Below the pieces are notes generated by a model. It was given only the letters and a program-made list of their open reading frames with translations. It did not search any database and had not been told where the DNA came from. From the NCBI GenBank assembly GCA_002269645.1, contig NIVC01002662.1, forward strand, positions 1 to 64,000: a stretch of 64,000 bases of DNA, written 5' to 3'. Of this stretch, positions 43,153-55,600 are shown piece after piece. The position numbers and the translations under genes were made by a program. Each line of letters begins with the position of its first letter. Positions within the stretch are counted from its first letter, which is position 1. The stretch comes from Macrostomum lignano. Its lineage: Eukaryota.

Positions 43153-46100
43153 CACCCAAGCCTTTTTGCTGTGTGTGCCATGGCATGTGCAGTGTCTGCA
43201 TGGCATGTACGTCTCCTTGTGCGGGCTTAGGGTCAGCTAGCGGAATTGGTATTGACTGCATGCTGAATCTGACTCATTGCTATCGACTAGCTATAGTTGC
43301 ATATGTCGCCTTTAGTATGCATGTGCAAATACGAGCATATACGATATTATTGTGCCTGCTGCCATGCAGCTACATGGCCTTGTTGCTGCTGATATGGCGC
43401 AACAGGTAGCTGGGGTTGACTACATTATTGTAGCTCGGCGCGCGATACAGTAGTACAGTCTCCGTATGCATGTAAACGCGAGCCTGTGAACTGAGCCTTC
43501 GTACAGTAGTACGCGTACATGTGCAGTGTATCTGCAGCGCACTTTGCGCAAAACATCTGACATGCATGTGTATATATGTTTTGAGGATTCAGCGAAACAG
43601 ACAACTCACAGTGTTTTTAACAGTAGGCGTTTGGACTTGGTTCTGATCTTTCAATTGTTTTACGAATTTAATAATGCGGTTTATTCTACTGTACATGTAA
43701 CTATCCTATATTCTATAACCCCATTGCGCATGATAAGAAATATAAGTACAGCGTATAGTACTGTAAGTACTGTAAGAGTAAGCAAATACTGTACAGGTCT
43801 AAATGCGATTAAACTGTAAATGCGTGCTTGGGCGCTTTAACGTAGCTCGTACAATCTAATAAAGAAATTTCCAGCCTAGTTAGAAAGTACTATTATTTCG
43901 AAAATAAAGCAGTGTTTTAGTTTTTTGTTCCTAAATTATACGGTAAAAATTATGCTTGTTAGTATAGAAAAAGTACGTAAAAATTTGTTTTACCGTTCAA
44001 CACTATAGGCAGTTTTTTAACTGCTATCCGCCAGTCGAGTGATTCCAGTCGATCAATAATTATTACTTAGGCGCGCGCGGTGGCGGTGCATCTGTTGACA
44101 GCTCGCGACAGCGACAGGAGCAAGTCATGGCAGTCCTAGCCAGAAATCTTCTGATCGACTGGTTACAATACAAGTAGTACTTGTTAATCTTTGAGATGGC
44201 CAGTGAATGACCCCTAGTCCACCAGTCTGATCTTAGTCTGAGACTGAGAGAGACTAGGGGCCTAAAAAATGCAGATCAATAAATAAGGCTTAATTTTTAT
44301 TAGGCCTAATATTAGTAATATATTGAAAATGCTTTCTAATTCTTTATGTAATTTTAAGACTTCTTTTTCATTAAAATATTAAGACTGATTAAGTGCTTGA
44401 TGTATGAAATATAAAAAACTTTGGAAAAAATTCTTTAGCATTAGCACCTATTTTCATTTTTAGCAATATCATTAACAAAGCACCCCCAAAAAATCTTTTG
44501 AGTAGTCTTAAGGCTTGTTACATGTCCATTCATTTTACTGCTTTTTGTTACTTTTAATAGCATAGGCCTATTACTTTTTTGTTCTAACAAAGTTGTTTCC
44601 AATTTGTTACATTAACACTTTATTTGTGAGATGGCTATGCGCGCCATTACTGTGTCCAGGTTGGCAGTTTATCTGCTTTCAAATTTTGTACTTCAAGCCA
44701 AAAAAGTTACTGCAATATTTTCTTTTTAATCCACATTGTTTATTCCATCTACTATGGGTATTTAATTCCAAGGCAATGGTCTTAATCTTAAATATATTGT
44801 ATAAACATTTTTTATTTGCCTGAACATTATAGCACTTTACCAAAACATTACTTGGCCAAAATTTTCTATACTCTATAGCCTTTCATAGTCTTACATTTAT
44901 ACATTCTTACATTTATGTCCTAATTAATTAGGGGCCTAGCATTATCTCTGGTAATAAATAGGCCTAGCCATAGCTATCTTAGTTATAGTTTATACACTCA
45001 AGTAATTGCAAAAGTAGGCCAAAATAAATATAGTCTAGATATAATTTTATAAATTGAAAAGTCATATAAAAAAGAATTTTTTTTGTAACTATTGTCATTG
45101 AAAATAAACTAATTATAATGTAAAATAAGTTTCTTGATAGTTCAACAATATAAGCAATCACTTTAATTTCGTTTTGTGAATGCATTCTTGGCTTGTGGGT
45201 ACAATGCGCCTTAACTTATTTCATATATATTTGAATCTGAACAATCTATGTAATCAAAGTAATTAAGATATATTTTAAATAATGACTAGATCTATTATTA
45301 AATTAAAACTGGATCGACTAGAACTCTGGAATGGCCAAGCAACCCTACAACTACAATGGTGCCAAGAAACCCTAATATTAAACATAGCGCATTTGTGTTT
45401 CAAATATGATAGGAATTAACATAGAGTAAACAATAGTAATAAAGTAAATACAATAAGTATCACGGAAAAGGAAACCCACTACTGAATAAACACTGACTAA
45501 AATAGTTAATAGATTATTTCTAGGAATGCAGGATACATTATAAAAAGTATATAAATTCAAATGATACATTAAAATACTTTAAAATAAAGCCTATGGTTAT
45601 GCACTGGTTAGTATAACTTTTATTAAGATTTAGCCTATACGCTTAAGTTATTTATGAATTCTTGCGAAAATTCATATTTAGATAAAAACTATAGTCCCAA
45701 GTATGTACTATGTATGCAAAAAAAAATTGCTTTGCACATTGCATAGGAGGATTAGATCAAATTTACCAGGTGTATTAATAAGAGACAGTAGATAAATAGC
45801 ACTGATAAATGCCTATATATTGTAGTGACTTAATAATATATTACCTTCTATTCTAGTACTAAAACATTCCCTATTTTATTGTTGATATAAAATAATTATT
45901 TAAAAAAAATATCACATGTGTTAGAAGCCTAATAATTCCTATGAGATATATAGCTTTTGTAGCAAGTCATAGCTCTGATAGTGGTGGAATGCCAAAAAAC
46001 TTGAAATGTGGTATTGTTGCACAAAACATGCCAAAAACTTTTCCAACTCTGCTAGATATTATGCATGCCATATTAGACTGCTTGAGACCTTGTTGCATAC

Positions 46101-48284
46101 TTCCCCCCTCCCAATGTGGAGAGAATTTTCCCCATATAACAGCATCTTCAGGAGTATAGAATAAAGGTAGATTAAGATTTTTTATTGGTAGCTGACACCA
46201 ATGAGGTAGGATAATTTAAAAAGAATTTGAGCTGCCACTTGCATTTGTATTTATGTATTTTAAATTTAAAAAAATTAATAGTATATTTATTAAATATTTG
46301 CTTTATTATATAGAAGCAGTTATAATTCTTAAGAAATGCTAGTTTTAAATTCATACAAAGTCTTGAAGCCTTAGGCCTAGTTATCTTTGCTATTTACCCA
46401 AAACTGCATTACACTACAATATTTCATGCTTTGACTTTAGCCACAATACAACACCAGAAAATTCCAAAATTGCAACACATAATTGGATGCCTTTTTTCTA
46501 CTTATTCCAATAGGGGAGCCTAAAAGCCTATTAGCTAATATTAGTAATGGGATCTATAAAAAAGAAGCAAAATTTTTATCATAATTACTCCATTGGATAA
46601 GTCCTTAATTCTAAAAAAGATAGATAAAATCATAGTTAAACAATCATTATTATAGTTGTTTCCTACTTAAAAATATCTAGGGGGCCTCTAGAGATTACAT
46701 TTAGGTGGTAGGGGCTAGCTAAAGGGTTGTCACTAATTCTTCAAGATTTCATAAGAGTTCTCTAGGGGTCATTAAGGGCTAGCCCCCCCCCCCTGTTACC
46801 CCTATCAAACCCCTAATTTTTTTCATTTTTATTGTTAAATCATAAAGAAAAAAGACAAATTTAAAAATAGTAGACAGTTATAATTTATGTATATATTATT
46901 ACAGAGTAAACTATTTAGATTTAGTTTGAAAGAATATTACTCAAACATTTTTGAATGCATGAACTTTTTTGCAACAGTTATGCTATTAAAGCAATAAATA
47001 TATACTTTTTCTTAATGACTGAAGATATTTAAGAATTGCCAAGCATTTGTTCCACATTGAGACTTAATAATAAATATATAGAATAGAATAACATAAATCC
47101 TTTATTAGCACAAATATAAGCCGCCACATTTATATATAATTTAGCATTGGAAATAGCTCTGTAAAATTGAATAGTAAAATATTCTGTGTGTAAAACTAGC
47201 ATTAGTTATAGAAGTCAGTAAAGTAAATAATAATATGACTTGTAAACTAAAATGCAGTAAAATAAAATGACAAAACATGCTATTAACATTTAACATTTGT
47301 TATAGAATATCAACAACAAAAAATATGTTGTAAAAATAGAATTAAAAGCAATAAAACAGACATGTCACATGGGTTTAGTGGGTTTAGAGAAAAAAATATG
47401 ATGGGTGATAGATTAGAGATAGAAGATTGTGAGATTATTGGCACTATTTATTTGTAATTGATTGTAATTCTTGGTTGTAATAAAGTTGAGTCTATAAAAT
47501 ATTTCAAAATTGAGTCTCTATAATGATAGGAAAAGCACAATAAATAGAGTAAATAGCAGTATTAACCATTATTTTCTTCTACTGTGACAAAATTTAGAAT
47601 TGGAAAAGTAAGTTTTCATGATAAATAATAATTAAAAACAAAGGTTAAAACTACAATTAAAAAATTATAATGCAAATAATTGGTCCCATTGTATCCCTAA
47701 ATCCACCAATGTTTTCTTACAACAAATAAGAGCTACAAGAATGAAAAAGTATGAACTAAACAATTTTAAAATATATTACTAAAAGAGAAAAAGATTCTTT
47801 TTTTCTAGACTACAAAAGCAAATTTTCTTTTACCTATTTTATTTTACTTTTAACTTTACAACCACATAGTAATGTAAATTTGATAATACAGAAGAAGCCA
47901 TTAGTCAATTTCTTTAGTCTATATATCAATTAGTCAATAATATTCAATGTGTATAGCTGGCAATACACAATTATGCCATTGTCCTACACAACTGACTTAA
48001 TGTACTGAGTGCATCAGCAGCTCCTTCAAAATTGCAGGTTGAAAGTCTATCACCAGTGACCTAAGGCTACTCTCTATAATAACTTCTTTATTACCAGATA
48101 TAGCAGATGACTTAAATTCATTAATCTGGCTATAGGGTTCTTTCAGCGTATAGATAATCATATCTAGCTTGGATTCCAATCTTAGCAACACAGTGTCACC
48201 TAGTGCTAAGATAAACTTTTCAATAGCAAAGTTTGGCAGATTGGAATTTCTAAGACACTCACATGGAGTGCATTGCCATTGGCA

Positions 48285-48500
48285 TTGGCAGAGAAGTTGA
48301 CAGAGGCACTAGCAGAGACCTTGGTGCTGACATTGGTAAAAGCACTAGCAGAGACCTTGGTACTGATATTGGCGCAAAGGTGCTAAGAGGCCTTGGTGCT
48401 GACATTGACAAAGGTGCTAGTAGAGGCCTTGGTACTAACATTAGCAAGGGTGCTAGCAAAAGTCTTGGTGCTAATATCAAAAAAGGCACTAGCAGAGGCT
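48285..48500. repeat. Decayed ~33-bp tandem repeat
   Basis: Units around gcactagcagagaccttggtgctgacattgg with ggcact/ggtgct/ggtact variants. Confidence 0.75.
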
Positions 48501-48719
48501 TTCATGCTAATTGTGCCTGGCAAATTTGGCCTTGTCTTCTGGCAATTTATCTGGCTGCAATTCTGGTTTTCATCCGGGAGTGCAATGCATTTCTGTCATT
48601 TGAAAACTGGAGAAAAGCTGAAAGTTTTGTCCATAAACCAGACAAACACATTGCATGTTTCTGGTTTCATCCTAGGATTGAATCTGACATGCATCCAAAA
48701 ATATCTCCAGTTTGCAACC

Positions 48720-49010
48720 CAAGAAATACTGGAGGATAACTGGAAAAATATCTGGATCAAAACTGGACTAGAAATACTGGAGGATAACCAAAAAAATATC
48801 CAGATCAAAACTGGACCAGAAATACTGGAGGATAACTAGAAAAATATCCGGATCAAAACCAGACTAGAAATATTGGAGGATAACTAGAAAAATATCCAGA
48901 TCAAAACTAGACCAGAAATACTGGAAGATAACCAGAAAAATATCCGGATCAAAACTAGACCAGAAATACCAGAAGATAACCAGAAAAATATCTGGATCCA
49001 AACCAGACCA
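48720..49010. repeat. ~48-bp tandem repeat (about 6 units)
   Basis: gaaatactggaggataac..aaaaatatcc(g/a)gatcaaaact units. Confidence 0.88.
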
Positions 49011-49494
49011 TTGTCCTATTGTAGGCAAAACAGGAGGAATTCTGGATGAAAAGCAGGCCAAATGTGCAAAGGCCATTGTACTTTGTAACTCTGTTATAGA
49101 GTGCTTGCACAGAATGTCTGTCATTTGGCATCTGATTATAAAATGTGAAAGAAGGCTAGACAATTAAAGACATATTTTTATTCCAAAGATGGTAAAAATT
49201 GTCAAAGGGGTCTTCATCTGTGTCTGTATTGTTTAATATTAATAATATAGGATGTAACAGAAATAATTTTTAGTTATGTGATAGTTTTGAACAGGGTAGC
49301 TGGTACACTAAATACCTGTATTTACTACTTTAGTAGTTAGAATCTAATACTTCGTTTAGTTCGTATCTATCAATCTATCTATCTAATGCAGAAAAGACTA
49401 AGGCAGACACAAGCTACTTCATCCCTCCAGCACCCGCAACAACAAGTCCTTGGTATTGAGCTGAGCCACGTTGGTCACATCATGTCAGAGCCTG

Positions 49495-49612
49495 GAAGAT
49501 GTGGCACCAGAGCCTGGGTTGCCACAGTCTGTGGTGCCAGAGCTTGTGGCGCCAGAGCTTGTGGCACCAGACCTTGTGACGCCAGAGCTTGTGGTGCCAG
49601 AGCCAGTGACAA
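49495..49612. repeat. 15-bp tandem repeat (ccagagcttgtggcg)
   Basis: Direct inspection. Confidence 0.8.
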
Positions 49613-51744
49613 CCACTAGAGTTGACTTCCTGGTCTGTTTTGAGGCTCTTTTGGGAGCCGTTTTATGCTTAGTTATTGCTAGTCATTTGTAGGCCATTTC
49701 ACCGCACCGCAAAAAAATGCACTGCATGTCTTCATTGCAGCAGGAAACGCTGGCTGTTTCCAACCACAAGTGTGCAGCCGCAACTTTAGCCAAATTGGCA
49801 GGCGCAGTGCTATATGAGGAGGTCTTTCGACCTGAAAATGTAGATGCTGCAAGCTTGCTGTCAGTAAAAATGCAGCAAAACAGAGCTCTGAGCAGAGCAA
49901 GGCGAGCCATGCATCAGGCTGCCTGCTTTTCTGCTTCAGAGTTCATCAAAGATTCCAAGGCTTTTTTATAGTCTTCTAGCCGATGGTATAAGTCAGCTTG
50001 AGCTCAGGCAGGAACTAGCAAGAAGGACTGCAGCTCAGAAAGAGGCACCCGCCTTCCTAGTGGTTCGTCATTTGCAGGCATCGACGCTGAAGATTGCAAG
50101 CAAGCCTGCATAAGAGCGTAATTATTTTTACTTCCAGTAGAGGAGGTAGTTTTTGTTTTAGCCATGACAAGGGTCTGGAAATGGTTTTGTAATGAAATTT
50201 AATTTCATGCTTGACCTAGTCATTGTTAATTATATGCATCAGTTGAGTGGCTGTAAGTATGTGAACAGACCTTTAATTTCTATTTCATCTATTTATATCC
50301 AATGTTGAAAAAATTTCCGTCTAAACATTATCTATCCTTACAACTATACAAAAGTAAAATATATAGAAGTGTAAAACAATTAAAAGAAGTATACATGTAA
50401 ATCTTGAAATTCAAAACAAGGGGCATTCTAGAAACCAGCTGGTTTCTACCAGGCATATGCGATGCAATTGCGAATATAATTACAGTAATAATTATATAAT
50501 ATATAATTTATATAATTTAATAATAATTATAATTGCAGAGAGCTGTAAGCTGTATTCATATCAAGTATTTTAAGCAGCTATAGAAGCTGGCCTCCAACTC
50601 TTGCGCAGCCGCAGCCAAGATATTGTCCATCCCATTGTTAGCCTAGTGCCGGGCGTTACTAATCCACTCGTTGTGGACTTGGGGAACAGGGCCGCACGAC
50701 ATTGGCACTGCTTTTTGAAAACTGGCGACATGGTCGAGTGCTCCTCCGTAGTGGCTGCCTTTTGCTAGAAAGCGAGAAGCCTTTGTACTGCTGTTGTGGC
50801 TTCCTGTAAGGCCTACTCCACTTGTATGAAAGCTCTTTCACAGGCGGCTTCCAGATCTGCCTCTCTTGAATCATGATCTGCAGATTCAACCTGTTGACAC
50901 CTGTCAAATGATTATTTCTTTTTCTCTTCACCTTCATCACCTTCATGAAGGTATGCAAATAAGTCTTTGGATTCATTCTGTTAATTTGCTTTGCTTTGTG
51001 ATTGACTGAAAGTTAAGTTTAGGACCAGAATTCAATATAGGCTAGCTAGCTTTGTGATTGAACATCCATTATTTCCTTGTCTTATACTTTCCCATCTGTA
51101 TATAGCTACTTTTGCTTATTTATGGATAGATAGTGCATGGCTTAGTTTTATACAGCTAATATATATCAGACTATGAGGCTACTATTATGTAATTTGTAAA
51201 ATTGAACTCCCATATAGCACATATTTTGAGGGTTTTGTTTAAAAGATTGCCTTGGGCTAATAAAGTAAAAAATCCTTTTTAAACTATCAAAGACCTATAT
51301 TTTATTTGTTGCCATGTTGGGAAGCAAATTTAGGTTATTATTTTTATTTAGATTTTATTATATAAGAGGTATTTAATAAGTTTTGGCAATATGGCTTAAT
51401 TACAACTCTTTGCCAAATCTTATTGCTTATTAAACTACCACCTAAATATACTTGGCCTTTACATTTTATGTAGGAAAATTATCAATAAAAGTGGTTAGTC
51501 AAACTTATTGATTTAGTAGACTATATTTTCTTTTGGGTATATTGGTTAGTTTTTTATAAGCAAAATAGTTTTGGCAATGCAAATTTGCAAATTGTATTTG
51601 TGCTCTGGTTATGCCATCTTGAATGCTACTTTATTTACAAAGCTTTTCATTTCATTATTATTTCTATAAATCACTATTTAAAATCAAATTCAAGGTAGCT
51701 GGTACATTGCTCTGTTTTTCTAACTTTTCTTTGATTTATAACAA

Positions 51745-51972
51745 TTTGTGTCCTTGAGCAAGACACTTAACTCTGCATTGCTTCAGTTCACCCAGCTGTA
51801 AAATAGGTGCCAGCATTAGCTGGGGTAATTGAGGGTGTGTGGCGACCCCTCAGTCCTTGGACTGAACAGCCATACGCAGCCTTCAGATGCGCCGCACAAT
51901 AGCTGTGGCTGAGCTGTCAGTTGCACATCTGCCCAATTGGGGCAGATGTAATTACAATTACACAATTACAAT
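51745..51972 (+). mobile_element. CORE-like SINE, head-less copy with (aattac) tail
   Basis: tgtgtccttgagcaagacacttaactctgcattgcttcagttcacccagctgtaaaatagg; colinear with the 29.9-kb copy. Confidence 0.85.
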
Positions 51973-52003
51973 TGATTTATAAGCATTATAAAAATTGGCT
52001 ACA

Positions 52004-52437
52004 CCTGCCCCTAATGGGCAGATGTGCAACTGACAGCTCAGCCACGTTGCATGGTACATCTGAAGGCTGTGTGTAGCTGTTGAGTCTAAGGAATGGGGGG
52101 GGGGTCGCCACACGCACCCTCAATTGCCCCAGCTAATGCTGGCACCCATTTTACAGCTGGGTGAACTGAAGCAATGTCTTGCTCAAGTACACAAACTGTT
52201 CCAATGGGATTGGGCTTACATACGCAACCTTGGGGCATCACTCGGCCGTTTTTATTGGCAACACACATATGTATGTCGCTATTGGCTGGAAGCAGTCACG
52301 TGACTACTATTCCGTGTGTGTGTTGCCAATAGAAATGGCCGGGTGAATCCCTAGGTTGCGCCCAAGCATGGGATCGGGAATCGAATTTCCTTTCTTCAAG
52401 TCGTAAGTCTGACGCTGTAAGCACTGGGTTACAACTA
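52004..52437 (-). mobile_element. CORE-like SINE copy (body 52004-52195, degenerate tRNA head ~52370-52437) split by an insertion
   Basis: Reverse complement of the 51.7-kb copy; head gttgtaacccagtgcttacagc...ttcgattcc on minus. Confidence 0.75.
52223..52360. mobile_element. Small palindromic MITE-like insertion
   Basis: ~45-bp imperfect inverted arms (52223-52267 / 52315-52360) around the central palindrome agtcacgtgact. Confidence 0.6.
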
Positions 52438-52613
52438 CCTAGGCTTGTGTATTAAGTTATTTATTCACTTTTACTGATTCTTCATCTAACTAAAATTCTT
52501 CTTAATTTAATGCTTTTGTAATTTTGTCCTCTAAAAGTCATCATTCTTGAGCACTTTTTCATTGCATCCATGGAAACTAAAAACCTTGCAATATTGTCAG
52601 TTCCAGTGGCCGC

Positions 52614-55600
52614 ATGCAAACCAAAGATATTGACGATTTGCAATGCCTGTCACTGGGCCGTATCGATCTAGACCTGGGAGCTGGCAGCAGTTATCCCAAC
52701 GATGTGGTGGCTAGACCGACTGCTACTAGCCTTGTAGCCTGCACAAGTCAGGGACTGGTCATAGCAGCCAGAGCTGCAGACATTGTTGTTACCAATACAG
52801 CCGATATTGAAACAGCCACACTTACTACTCACAAGACATCTACTCAGTTGATTGATAAATTCGCATTTCGCTGCACGGTTCCAACAGCCAAGGGCAGGCC
52901 TACAGGTTTAGCTGTGAACTCTGACAGCAGCCTGTTGGCCGTAGCCACCGAAGGACCCAGCGGTGCATTTGTTAGCCTGTACGAATTAGCCTGGTTCTCA
53001 GCCAGTGCTCCAGCTCCGGCTCCTTACTTAGAGATCCGCGCTTCCCAACGCGCCAATATTTATGTGAGTCAAATTGGCTGGAATCCCGAGCTGTCAGACA
53101 GTCTGTTCTGCTTGCTGTCAGACGGCAGTCTGAGCCTGTACTCGCTAGCTAGCGGAGAAGGCGTCACCATTGTTGGCTCATTGACTAATCGGCCAATTTC
53201 TGCAGCTTGCTGGAGTCCCAGAGGCAAACAGCTGGTAGCTTGTTTCTGTTCGCCTCCAGGCCAACAGCAGCGATTTGTGCACTTGGAACAGTTCGATTTG
53301 AACTTGGCTTGCAAACGAAAAATTGACGCCACCCAGGCTGTTGGCAACGCCTTGTCTACCGGGGTCACCAACCTGCTGTGGCTGTCAACTTTTCGATTCT
53401 TTCTTGCTGGCACTTCGGACGGTCAGAGCGGCTCGGCCGGCTGTCTGGCCTGTCCAAAAGAGCCCGGCCGTCCGGTTTATACTGAGTTAGGCGAGATTGG
53501 CATGTCGTTTGCTCCGCCAGGCTGTAGACAGATATTCTACCAGTTGGCCTATGTGCCTCAGTGGTCGCTACTGATAGCCGCTCTGTCCACTTCAGTCGAG
53601 GCCAGCCTGTTGCAGCTGCTTGGCAACGAGCCGTCTGTTAGCGAACTGCTGCCGCCATATGGAAAGCGGATCACCCTACCAGCTGGAAGTAACGGCACTG
53701 ATTCCTTCTGTCTGGGCCTTGCCTACTCCTCTGTACCTGCCGCTCCTGTGCCAGTCGCATCTGACGAGACAGTGACACCTGGGCTGCACGTGTACTCAGT
53801 GACCAACACAGGCTATCTGTGCCCCTTTGCTATTGTGCCACCCGCCACAGCAGATAAAAATATTTGGCAGCAATTGAATAGAACTCCGACTGAATTTAAG
53901 CCGACTGTTAGAGCGCCGAAACCAGCAGCTCAGAAGCAGCAGCAGCCACAGCAGCCTGTATTAGAGCCTACTAAGTTAGCGACGCCTCCTCCGTTGACTG
54001 CAGTTCAACCGCAGAAACCGCCTTCAACTACTAAGCCTTTGACTCCATCATCATCAGTAGCGCCAGCGCAGCCTTCGCCTCAGGCCCAGCCTCAATCTGT
54101 TACAGTTCTTCAGCCTGCTCGAACTTCCAAGGCATCGCCATTAACTCAGCAACCAAAGCCCCAACAGCAGCAGCAGCAGCGACCAACTCCACCACCGGCT
54201 CAGCCAGCTCCGACTCCCGCGGATTACGATGCCGAAATCTCCAGCATGATAGTGGCTTTGCACAAGGACATTGCGTCCGCTAAGGCTGCCAACGCTGAAG
54301 TGCTTTCTAAACGGGCCGCTTTCGATTCGCCGGACACGTCTAAAGCGTTTATCCAGCGGATTGAAGCTGCGCTGCAGCACTCGCCGAGCCTATCGGAGAC
54401 CCTGGCTGAAATGAGCGCAGAAGCGCGTGCTATTAAAGCTGCGGTATTCGATAATACGGCCTCGCAGCAGTACGCTAACGCCCTGCTCAATATGCAACAG
54501 GATGCCAAGTCACGCCGACTTGTGCTAGCAGCTGGCGGTCTGGCCGGCATGGATCCCGCCCTGCGCAAACGGATTGGCACTGTCAAGTCTACGCTGCATC
54601 GATTGGAGACAGTCACGGCTGGCCTGCACGAAGCTTTGGACGCTCGGCTGGCTACAGCGTCTAGGAAGCAGCAGCACCAACAGCACCAGAGACGGGTACC
54701 GCCGCTTCATTCAGTCTATCAGACCATCCGCACCAATTACCGCATCATTCAACAACAGGAGGAGGCCATGGACCAGCTCATGAATCGTTTTGCCGCTCTG
54801 CGAGTCGACGCTGCTCGACAAGCCACTGCTGGCAACGATCTGTCTGCGGCATCGTCAAGTTCCAACGCCTCCGGTGTCCTCGGCACCGCCTCTGCTGCCA
54901 ACCTGCTCAATGAGCTGGAGCGGGAGTTTGAGCAGGCGTCCTTGACTTCGGTGACCTCGCCACTGGCTCTCGGGCAGCGGTCCAACCGACGCTCGCTAAC
55001 GACGTCCGCCGCGTCGCCGACTAAACTGCCTCCAGCTCCGGAGGTGACGCCAAAAGGCAAGAAGAGTTCATCAGTGTCGAAGTCAACGGCTTCAGGGTCG
55101 CCCAATTCGGACGCTCTGGTTGAATCAATTGTTCGTCAAGTCATGTCTTCTACTGCGGCTGCGGCGTCAGCTGCTGCTCGACGCCAGCAACTGCAACAAC
55201 AACAGCAGAACAAGCCAAATTCACCAAAGCCGACTGCATCGTCTGCTTCTCCTAGTGGCAGTCTGCTTACCGGCCTGCTGTCGCAGCAGCCCGCCGCGGT
55301 GCCAACTTCCCAGTCTTCAGTTGGATCCACTAGCGGCCCCTTCAAAGTGCCGGTTGCTTCCTCTGTGTCTGGCACTCCTACAGCAGGAATTTTTGCTGCT
55401 CCTGGAGCGGTGTCCGCGGCGGCAAAGCCTTCTAGTCTTGGCGCTCTGCTATCGGCACCTGCTGCAACAACAGCAGTACCGTCTGCTTTCACCAGTGCTA
55501 GTAAAGCTCCTACTAGCACTAGTACCATCGGTGGTCTTTTGTCAATGCCGCCTACTACAACTAAAGCACCTGGAACCGGTGGATTGTTGTCTACACCGGT

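Noticed and set aside
46680-46812. Possible decayed MITE (gggg...cccc ends), likewise 61034-61237
   Set aside because: Inverted ends too degenerate and no TSD found
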